The notes: generated from the sequence alone by a model not told the origin. Counted from the stretch's first letter, positions 20,530-26,980 are shown. The stretch is DNA of 32,000 nt from Xanthomonas campestris pv. campestris str. ATCC 33913 (GCF_000007145.1 NC_003902.1:1117436-1149435), one strand, 5' to 3'. Numbers and translations: made by a program.

Positions 20530-20658
20530 ATGAGCAAGCGTGCAGAAGCTGCTCGATTGGTCTCAACTCCTGGTGCGCTAGGCGGAGCACCGGAGCCCGC
20601 TTGTGTGCCGACGGGTGACCGCGATTGTGGCGGACCAGCGTCGCCGAACTGTCGCTAG
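20530..20658 (+). CDS. Hypothetical 42-aa Cys/Pro/Gly-rich small protein (speculative)
   Basis: ATG at 20530 with GGAGG (20520-20524) 5 nt upstream. Encodes MSKRAEAARLVSTPGALGGAPEPACVPTGDRDCGGPASPNCR. Codon third positions are atypically A/T-rich for this genome and I recognise no homology. Confidence 0.25.
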   Translation: MSKRAEAARLVSTPGALGGAPEPACVPTGDRDCGGPASPNCR

Positions 20659-20888
20659 CCCTGTACGCGGTGTACTCATGAAATGAGTTCTGCAGTAACG
20701 CGTGGGTCTAGCCTGACGATGGAGTGGCGCAGAGCACCGCTTGGCGATTCACCTGCGGAGACCGTTGGTTTGATTTGCATCCGCCGAGTAGGCGAAGTGG
20801 AGAGCAGCCACACGTGATTGCTGACTCCGGGCGACAGATGCTCGTGCTCAAACAAACCGGCCGATCGGATATATCTGCGAAGGCTTAC

Positions 20889-21035
20889 ATGACGTGTGTG
20901 ATTCTCGCTGTCGCTGTAGATCTGGTTTTGCATGCATTTGCTCTGCTAATCGACGCCGATCGGCTGCCGCTATACCACAGACTCTGCTCCGGCCTTGCCG
21001 TTCGCTCTTGCTCCTGCTTCACCCAGTCGCCTTAA
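20889..21035 (+). CDS. Hypothetical 48-aa small protein with hydrophobic N-terminus (speculative)
   Basis: ATG at 20889 with GAAGG (20879-20883) 5 nt upstream. Encodes MTCVILAVAVDLVLHAFALLIDADRLPLYHRLCSGLAVRSCSCFTQSP. Lies in the lower-GC patch and I recognise no homology. Confidence 0.2.
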   Translation: MTCVILAVAVDLVLHAFALLIDADRLPLYHRLCSGLAVRSCSCFTQSP

Positions 21036-21147
21036 AGCGAGCCGAGCACCGCAGCTGCGCGGGGCCGAAGAGGCGCCCTTTTCTGAGCGCAGCGAGTTTG
21101 GGCGCCGTGCCGCGCGTGGCGAGGAGCACAGGGCACCGGTGCAGCTT

Positions 21148-21167
21148 CACCGCACCGCACCGCACCG
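21148..21167. repeat. Pentanucleotide microsatellite (CACCG)x4
   Basis: Direct read: caccg caccg caccg caccg at 21148-21167, immediately 5' of repeat copy A. Confidence 0.9.
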
Positions 21168-21300
21168 GATCGCGTCGGCGACAGCGGTTTTGGTTCCTTT
21201 TGCCAAGACAAAAGGAACTCGCGCCGCAGGCGCGAAAGCTCTGCACTTGCCTGCTTCACGCTTCGTACTCCTGCTGCAGTGGAGGGTGCCCAACCGCTCG
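21163..21300. repeat. Degenerate tandem repeat, copy A
   Basis: Starts CACCGGATCGCGTCGGCGA. Alignable by eye with 21429-21575 at roughly 60-70% identity with small indels. Contains two abutting hairpins (21193-21218 and 21219-21235). Confidence 0.55.
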
Positions 21301-21428
21301 TCACCACTCAAAAGTACAGACGCCGAAATCTCGTCCGCCTCCTGTGCCTCTCCTGGGAAAGAACTGGATGCGTGCATGAGCGGAACGAGTTAGACGCGCG
21401 CGCCGCGTACAGCGCGCCAGCGTAGCGT

Positions 21429-21575
21429 CACCGGATCGACGTGCGTCGGCGAAAGCAGCTTTGGTGGCTGCTACCTAGACAAAGAACCTCGCGACGCATG
21501 CGCGAAAACCTAGCACTTGGTGTGCTCCGTGCTTGGTTCACCATGTGCCGAGGTGGGCGCCCCAAGCCAAGCGTC
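21429..21575. repeat. Degenerate tandem repeat, copy B
   Basis: Starts CACCGGATCGACGTGCGTCGGCGA, 266 bp after copy A. Shares blocks AGACAAA.GAAC.TCGCG.CGCA.GCGCGAAA, GCACTTG, TGCT and GCTT.G with copy A. Confidence 0.55.
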
Positions 21576-21825
21576 ACGCCCCGGCCAGTGTGAGCAACTT
21601 TGCACGCATCGGCCCCTCGGGCGCGTTCTCCCGACGACAGATCACTGCTCAGGAAAGCTCGGCCGCAGGCAAATAATTGCTCAAGGAATAGCGGGGCCGC
21701 GCAAAGCGCCTTTGTCGCCGCAGGCTCTCAAACGCGATGCCCGGAAAATGCTGCAGCTATGCAGCCGCGCGGTGCAGTGCACGCCGAGCAATTACCGGCG
21801 AATCACCGCAAGCGCAGCTATGGGC

Positions 21826-22992
21826 TCAGGGCGAATCTTCGAACGACAGCACCATGCCCGGCTTCAACACCGCGCGCTTGTCCAGGCCATTGCTGGCAAG
21901 CAGCGTGGTGACCGTGATTCCGTAGCGCTTGGCGATGGCCCATGCGGACTCGCCATTACGCACGGTGTGCGTGCGCGCGCTGCTGCGCTTGGAGGTCTGG
22001 ACGCTGGCCACCGCAGTGGTGGCATTGCCGTCATCCGTATCTGCAAGGGCGCCGCGATCGGCCAGGGCGACAACAGCGCCAGCTGACCCCGGTTGTGCTG
22101 GCGCGATTGGCGCCAGCACATGCACGCCGCGCGGCGCTGCACGGGCGCTGGCCACTGCCGGGTTGAGGCGGGCCAGCAGTTGCGGTTCCAGGGCGCGTTG
22201 CCCAGCCCAGGTGGTGAGGCTGGTGCCGGCCGGCAATGCGTGCTCGGTCAGCACTGGCACCGGGCGATCCAGCGACGTCATCAAGGTCCCTTGCTCCTGC
22301 GCATGGTCAAGCACGCACGCCAGCGTGTGCAGCTTTTCCACGTATTCGTAGGTGACCTTGGACATGCCTGGCAACTCGGCCGGCCGGGCGTTCTGCGCAT
22401 TCATGCCGGCGCTGCGCATGGCCTGCAAGACGCGGTATTCGCCAGCGTTGTAGGCCATGAGCGCCAGGCGCCAGTCGCCGCCGAACATGCCGTACAGGGT
22501 CTTGAGATAGCGCACTGCCGCGGTGGTGGAGTCCACCGCCGACAGGCGGCCGTCGTACTGGGCGCCGACCGGCACGTGGTGATTGCGCGCGGTAGTGGCG
22601 ATGAATTGCCACAGGCCTGCCGGGCCGCTGCCGTTGCGTGCGCCGGGCCGGTAGCCGCTTTCCACGAAGGGAATCAGGGCGAATTCGGTGGGCATGTCGG
22701 CTTCGCGCAGCTGGTCGACCACGTAACCGAACAGCGGGAGAACGTCCTGGCCATCATCGGCCAGGCGGGCCGGAGCGCGGGAGAAGTGCTGCTCCCAACG
22801 CCGATCGCTGTGCTCGGTATCGCAGCCCGGGTCGGCACGTCCTTCCAGGAAGGAGGCAAAGATATCCCGGCCGTTGCGTACGGCCGGTGCTGGGCTGCTG
22901 ACGGTGGAAGAGGTGCTTGGCTCGCTGGCGGAGCCGGCGACCGGTGCGGCGGCCGACAGAGCGGCCAACACACCCAGAAGCAGGCGCCTCAT
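21826..22992 (-). CDS. mltD: Lytic murein transglycosylase with C-terminal LysM domain (MltD-like)
   Basis: 388 aa. Signal peptide MRRLLLGVLAALSAAAPVAGSA, SLT catalytic region (FALIPFVESGYRPGARNGSGPAGLWQFI), and C-terminal LysM (HTVRNGESAWAIAKRYGITVTTLLASNGL). Its start overlaps the gloB stop (ATGA at 22989-22992). Confidence 0.88.
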   Translation of the reverse strand: MRRLLLGVLAALSAAAPVAGSASEPSTSSTVSSPAPAVRNGRDIFASFLEGRADPGCDTEHSDRRWEQHFSRAPARLADDGQDVLPLFGYVVDQLREADMPTEFALIPFVESGYRPGARNGSGPAGLWQFIATTARNHHVPVGAQYDGRLSAVDSTTAAVRYLKTLYGMFGGDWRLALMAYNAGEYRVLQAMRSAGMNAQNARPAELPGMSKVTYEYVEKLHTLACVLDHAQEQGTLMTSLDRPVPVLTEHALPAGTSLTTWAGQRALEPQLLARLNPAVASARAAPRGVHVLAPIAPAQPGSAGAVVALADRGALADTDDGNATTAVASVQTSKRSSARTHTVRNGESAWAIAKRYGITVTTLLASNGLDKRAVLKPGMVLSFEDSP

Positions 22993-23756
22993 GCGCGAAA
23001 TGCGTCTTTCCAGCGCCGAAGTTCGGCAAATACGTCTACATCGCTCGTTATCGAAATGCTTGCGTGCGCGGCGGCCGCGGCGCGAATTTCGGGAGTATGC
23101 AGACGCAGGAACGGATTGGTGGCCAGTTCACTCTTGAGCGAAATCGGCAGGGTAGGACGGGCTGCATGACGCATTGCCTGGGCTTCCTGTTGACGGCGCT
23201 GCAAGGCAGCGTTGGTGGGATCGACGTGCAGCGCGAAGGCCGCATTGGCCAAGGTGTACTCGTGGCCGCAACACACAAGCGTCTCGCCTGGCAGGGAGGC
23301 CAGACGCTGCAAGGCGTCGAACATCTGTGGGGGCGTACCTTCGAACATCCGCCCACAGCCTAGGCTGAACAGGGTATCACCACTGAACAGGTGCCCGTCA
23401 CCTACATAGGCGACATGGCTGCGGGTGTGGCCGGGGACTTCCAGCACCGCAAAGTCGATGCCCAGGGCCGTCACAGTGTCGCCGTGGGCGACGTGGCGGG
23501 TGGCCGAAGGCATGCGTTCGTCGTCCGGCCCGTACAGTTCCAGCGCCGGAAAATGCTGCTGCAGCTCCGCCACACCACCGATATGGTCGGCATGGTGGTG
23601 GGTCAGCAGGGCGGCCACCGGAGTGAAGCCCTCACGCTGCGCGGCCTCCAGCACCGGTGCTGCCTGGCCAGGGTCGACGATCACTGCACGGCCATCATTG
23701 GCGACCAGGGCCCAGATGTAGTTGTCGTCGAATGCGGGCAGGGCGGTGAGTCGCAT
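22989..23756 (-). CDS. gloB: Hydroxyacylglutathione hydrolase (glyoxalase II)
   Basis: ORF 22989..23795 (-). MRLTALPAFDDNYIWAL N-terminus, THHHADHIGG metal motif, 255 aa from the ATG at 23756. Confidence 0.92.
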   Translation of the reverse strand: MRLTALPAFDDNYIWALVANDGRAVIVDPGQAAPVLEAAQREGFTPVAALLTHHHADHIGGVAELQQHFPALELYGPDDERMPSATRHVAHGDTVTALGIDFAVLEVPGHTRSHVAYVGDGHLFSGDTLFSLGCGRMFEGTPPQMFDALQRLASLPGETLVCCGHEYTLANAAFALHVDPTNAALQRRQQEAQAMRHAARPTLPISLKSELATNPFLRLHTPEIRAAAAAHASISITSDVDVFAELRRWKDAFRA

Positions 23757-23768
23757 AGAATTGGGACC

Positions 23769-24425
23769 ATGCCTGCCACGCCGTTCTCCCGTCAAGCTGG
23801 TGTCTCATCCTGGTTTGAAACGGGCGGAGGCCGCAGCCTGCTCCAGCTGGAGCGCCAATTGGCGCTCGCGGCGATGCAGACGCGCCCGTCGCAGCCCTGG
23901 CTGTGGGTCACTCCGACCACCGATCTGCCACCGCGCGAGGCCCTGCAGGGGCGCGGCTTGCGGCTGTATCGCAGCGGTAGCCGCTTTGGCGGCGACGCAC
24001 GCTGTGCGCTGCCGTTCCCGCTGCCGGCCGAGAGCCTGCAGGCCATCGTGGTGCAGCATGCGGTGGTCAATGGGGCGGCGGAGTTCCTGGCCGAATGCGA
24101 GCGGGTGCTGATGCCGGGTGGGCGGCTTTGGTTGTTCACGCTCAATCCGCTGAGCCCGTACCGGTTCCGCTGGGCGCGTCGTGGCCCGGTGGCGCTGCGC
24201 CCGGATCGGTGGCGGCTGCTGGCGCAGCGGGCCGGGCTGCAATGCGTGGACAAGGAGCGGTATCTGGGGCCGATTTGGGGCCCCGGCCGCGGCTCCACCG
24301 ATCCGAGCCGTGCGCCCTGGCGTGCGGTGTATCTCCTCGAAGTGGAAAAGCGTGCCGCAGCGCCGATCGGTCCGACGCCGATCGCCCTGCCGTCGCGTTG
24401 GCCGCAGCCTGTGGCCACGATCTGA
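23769..24425 (+). CDS. Class I SAM-dependent methyltransferase (YafS-like)
   Basis: ORF frame 23391..24425, ATG at 23769 (MPATPFSRQAGVSSWFETGGGRSLL...). LMPGGRLWLFTLNP resembles the methyltransferase post-I/II region. It occupies the position of E. coli yafS between gloB and rnhA. The family call rests partly on synteny. Confidence 0.65.
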   Translation: MPATPFSRQAGVSSWFETGGGRSLLQLERQLALAAMQTRPSQPWLWVTPTTDLPPREALQGRGLRLYRSGSRFGGDARCALPFPLPAESLQAIVVQHAVVNGAAEFLAECERVLMPGGRLWLFTLNPLSPYRFRWARRGPVALRPDRWRLLAQRAGLQCVDKERYLGPIWGPGRGSTDPSRAPWRAVYLLEVEKRAAAPIGPTPIALPSRWPQPVATI

Positions 24426-24449
24426 CATCGCAATCCAAATTAGGTCCTG

Positions 24450-24902
24450 ATGAAATCCATTGAAGTCCATACCGACGGCTCTTGCCTCGGCAATCCCGGG
24501 CCGGGCGGCTGGGCCGCCTTGCTGCGCTACAACGGCCGCGAGAAGGAACTGGCCGGCGGCGAAGCCAATTCCACCAACAACCGCATGGAGTTGATGGCGG
24601 CGATCATGGCGCTGGAAACGCTCACCGAGCCATGCCAGATCCTGCTGCACACCGATTCGCAATACGTCCGCCAGGGCATCACCGAGTGGATGCCTGGCTG
24701 GGTGCGGCGCGGCTGGAAGACCTCCGGCGGCGACCCGGTCAAGAACCGCGAGCTGTGGGAGCGGCTGCACGCGGCCACCCAGCGCCACAGCATCGAATGG
24801 CGCTGGGTGAAAGGCCACAATGGCGACCCGGACAACGAGCGCGTCGACGTGCTTGCCCGCAATCAGGCCATCGCCCAGCGCGGTGGCCTCGCAACATCGT
24901 AA
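24450..24902 (+). CDS. rnhA: Ribonuclease HI
   Basis: 150 aa. [24 protein letters not shown]...[15 protein letters not shown]...[15 protein letters not shown]; RNase H catalytic DEDD residues are in context. Confidence 0.96.
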
Positions 24903-24910
24903 GAGGACGC

Positions 24911-25648
24911 ATGCGTCAGATCATTCTCGATACCGAAACCACCGGCCTGGAATGGCGCAAGGGCAACCGCGTCGTCGAAATCGGTGCGGTGGAACTGCTG
25001 GAGCGCCGCCCGAGCGGCAACAACTTCCATCGCTATCTGCGGCCGGACTGCGACTTCGAGCCCGGCGCGCAGGAGGTCACCGGGCTGACCCTGGAATTTC
25101 TGGCGGACAAGCCGGTGTTTGCCGAGGTGGTGGAAGAGTTCCTGGCCTACATCGACGGCGCCGAACTGATCATCCACAACGCCGCGTTCGACCTGGGTTT
25201 CCTGGACAACGAACTGTCGCTGCTGGGCGATCAGTTTGGCCGCATCATCGACCGCGCCACCGTGGTCGATACCTTGATGATGGCGCGCGAGCGTTATCCC
25301 GGTCAGCGCAACTCGCTGGACGCGTTGTGCAAACGGCTGGGCGTGGACAACTCGCACCGGCAGTTGCATGGCGCCTTGCTCGATGCGCAGATCCTGGCCG
25401 ATGTCTACATCGCGCTGACCTCCGGGCAGGAAGAGATCGGCTTCGGCGCGATGGATGCCGGCCAGCATGCCGAAGGCGGCGAGGGCATGATCGCGTTCGA
25501 TCCGTCGCTGTTGCTGCCGCGCCCACGCGTGGTGGTAACGCCCTCGGAGCTGCAGGCACACGAGGCGCGTCTGGAGCGGCTGCGCAAGAAGGCCGGGCGT
25601 GCGCTGTGGGATGCGCCGGAGTTGGACGAGGTCGCGGTCGCCAGCTAA
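24911..25648 (+). CDS. dnaQ: DNA polymerase III epsilon subunit (3'-5' proofreading exonuclease)
   Basis: ORF frame 24482..25648. MRQIILDTETTGL (ExoI), IIHNAAFDLGFL (ExoII), HGALLDAQILADVY (ExoIII). The ATG at 24911 is preceded by AAGAGGA. Confidence 0.95.
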   Translation: MRQIILDTETTGLEWRKGNRVVEIGAVELLERRPSGNNFHRYLRPDCDFEPGAQEVTGLTLEFLADKPVFAEVVEEFLAYIDGAELIIHNAAFDLGFLDNELSLLGDQFGRIIDRATVVDTLMMARERYPGQRNSLDALCKRLGVDNSHRQLHGALLDAQILADVYIALTSGQEEIGFGAMDAGQHAEGGEGMIAFDPSLLLPRPRVVVTPSELQAHEARLERLRKKAGRALWDAPELDEVAVAS

Positions 25649-25679
25649 GGCGACGCTGAAGGACGCGCTGCCCGCGCAG

Positions 25680-26384
25680 TCAGTGACTACGCACCAGGAT
25701 GGCGGTGATGTTGTCCGAGCCGCCGCCATCGAGTGCGGCGGCGACCAGGCATTCCACGCATTCCTGGGCACTGCAATCGGCCTGCGACAGCGTTGTAGCG
25801 ATCGCGGTGTCGTCCACTTCTTCGGTCAACCCATCGCTGCATAACAGCAGCTGCATGCCCGACTTGAGCTCGCCCTGCATGGTGGCGACATTGAGATGGG
25901 CCGGGTCGGTGACGCCGAGCGCCTGGGTGACGACATTGCGATGCGGATGCGCGCGCGCCTGCTCGCTGGTCAATGTGCCCTGGGCGATCAGTTCCTGCAC
26001 ATAACTGTGGTCCTGGCTCAGTTGCGCCAGCCGACCGTCACGCCATAGGTAGGCGCGGCTGTCGCCCACCCAGGCCACTTCGAAACGCTGCCCGAGCACG
26101 CGCGCGGCCACCACGGTGGTGCCCATCGGCAGGGTGTCGTTGCAGCGGCGCGAGGTCTTGATGATTTCCTCGTCGGCGATGCGCACTGCCTGGGCCAGCG
26201 GCGTACCGGCACGCACTTCGCGCACGATGGTTTCGCGCGCCAACGCACTGGCCACCTCGCCGCAGGCATGGCCACCCATGCCGTCTGCCACCAGCCACAG
26301 CCCCAGCTCGCTGTCGCCGTAGTACGTGTCCTCGTTGAGGTCACGGCGCAGGCCCACGTGGGTGAGGTGTCCGAATTCGAGCAT
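25680..26384 (-). CDS. PP2C-family serine/threonine protein phosphatase
   Basis: ORF 25680..26447 (-, TTG track start). ATG at 26384 gives MLEFGHLTHVGLRRDLNEDTYY...LWLVADGMGGHACGEVAS...LLLCSDGLTE...DNITAILV, the PP2C motifs. Confidence 0.88.
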   Translation of the reverse strand: MLEFGHLTHVGLRRDLNEDTYYGDSELGLWLVADGMGGHACGEVASALARETIVREVRAGTPLAQAVRIADEEIIKTSRRCNDTLPMGTTVVAARVLGQRFEVAWVGDSRAYLWRDGRLAQLSQDHSYVQELIAQGTLTSEQARAHPHRNVVTQALGVTDPAHLNVATMQGELKSGMQLLLCSDGLTEEVDDTAIATTLSQADCSAQECVECLVAAALDGGGSDNITAILVRSH

Positions 26385-26523
26385 GGTGCGGGGTCGCCAG
26401 GATGAGATGTGCCGCACCATCATCGCGGCCCCGCAGGCGGCGGGCAACCGATGGGGTGCAATGGCCGTGGCGGATGTTCACGCCGGCCCTGCCACTGCGG
26501 TCTCTGCGGGAGGCCGCGCCCGC

Positions 26524-26552
26524 TTGTGGCAAACCGCGTGTGCCCGTATGAT
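26524..26552 (+). promoter_or_regulatory. Sigma-70-type promoter for tRNA-Ser
   Basis: TTGTGG (26524-26529) - 17 nt - TATGAT (26547-26552), 30 nt upstream of the tRNA. Confidence 0.5.
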
Positions 26553-26581
26553 GCACGGCCCCGGGACACCGGGGACCATCT

Positions 26582-26672
26582 GGAGAGGTGGCAGAGCGGT
26601 TGAATGTACCTGACTCGAAATCAGGCAGGCGTTTATAGCGCCTCGGGGGTTCGAATCCCCCCCTCTCCGCCA
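26582..26672 (+). tRNA. tRNA-Ser (anticodon CGA)
   Basis: Acceptor GGAGAGG/CCTCTCC, anticodon arm CCTGA-CTCGAAA-TCAGG, long variable arm (GGCGTTTATAGCGCC), T-loop TTCGAAT, encoded CCA (91 nt). Confidence 0.95.
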
Positions 26673-26689
26673 GATTGTGGTGACGCGTT
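26653..26689 (+). repeat. Direct repeat copy 1 (tRNA-Ser T-loop to 17 nt past the CCA end)
   Basis: GAATCCCCCCCTCTCCGCCAGATTGTGGTGACGCGTT. It recurs at 26811-26847 with 2 mismatches. Confidence 0.85.
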
Positions 26690-26793
26690 GTGCCAATGCC
26701 GCGTGAGTTTCGCCGGCGTCATTGGGGGGTGAGAAGCCCCGGGTTCGACAGACGTCATCGCCGTCTGCACGGCGAAGCCGCCCAAAGGGCGAA

Positions 26794-26847
26794 GGCACGT
26801 AGTGCCGAGTGAATCCCCCCCTCTCCGCCGGATCGTGGTGACGCGTT
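26794..26847 (+). pseudogene. tRNA-Ser 3'-half remnant plus direct repeat copy 2 (att-like)
   Basis: GGCACGTAGTGCC hairpin (variable-arm-like), then GAGTGAATCCCCCCCTCTCCGCCGGATCGTGGTGACGCGTT. The 5' T-stem strand is missing, so it cannot fold as a tRNA. The last 37 nt are 35/37 identical to 26653-26689. Confidence 0.7.
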
Positions 26848-26894
26848 TTCGATGCTGCTTCTGTTTTCTGCGCACTCTGCGTCATCGCTACATC

Positions 26895-26921
26895 AGCCCC
26901 CGCAAGGGGGCTTTTTGTTTT
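26895..26921 (+). terminator. Intrinsic terminator downstream of the tRNA-Ser locus
   Basis: AGCCCCC-GCAA-GGGGGCT (7-bp stem, GCAA tetraloop) followed by TTTTTGTTTT. Confidence 0.8.
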
Positions 26922-26980
26922 CGGGTCGCAGCCCGCCGGCGCTATGCCTACAATTGCCGATTCTTCGTTGGAGGTCTGTC

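Noticed and set aside
20301-20590. Minus-strand ORFs 20301..20537 and 20390..20590 at the left end of the gap
   Set aside because: Both read through or end inside the ppiD bidirectional terminator hairpin. They are Pro/Arg/Ser/His-rich with no SD.
20894-21393. Plus-strand ORFs of 132-161 aa across the repeat region (and minus ORFs 21019-21377)
   Set aside because: They have Arg/Cys/Pro/Ala-rich low-complexity products. The reading frames are not preserved between repeat copies A and B, since the indels are not multiples of 3, so the repeats are not conserved as coding sequence.
21287-21395. Integron gene-cassette / attC interpretation of the repeats (GCCCAAC at 21287 and GTTAGAC at 21389 resemble R''/R' core sites)
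   Set aside because: The two cores pair at only 5 of 7 positions. The inner L''/L' arms and spacing do not fit attC architecture. Copy B lacks the cores, and there is no intI or attI in the window.
21163-21575. Diversity-generating retroelement (TR/VR) or retron msr-msd reading of the two repeat copies
   Set aside because: Differences between the copies are not adenine-specific. There is no reverse transcriptase gene and no target gene 3' end apart from a weak echo near the mltD-like stop.
23805-24818. 337-aa minus-strand ORF
   Set aside because: Antisense to the methyltransferase and rnhA; a shadow ORF.
26673-26980. Search for an integrase, excisionase or other mobile-element gene next to the duplicated tRNA-Ser 3' end
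   Set aside because: No ORF of adequate length or composition lies between or beside the repeats. The next genes are a small conserved hypothetical and LPS-core genes with native codon bias. Only a scar can be claimed, not a mobile element.
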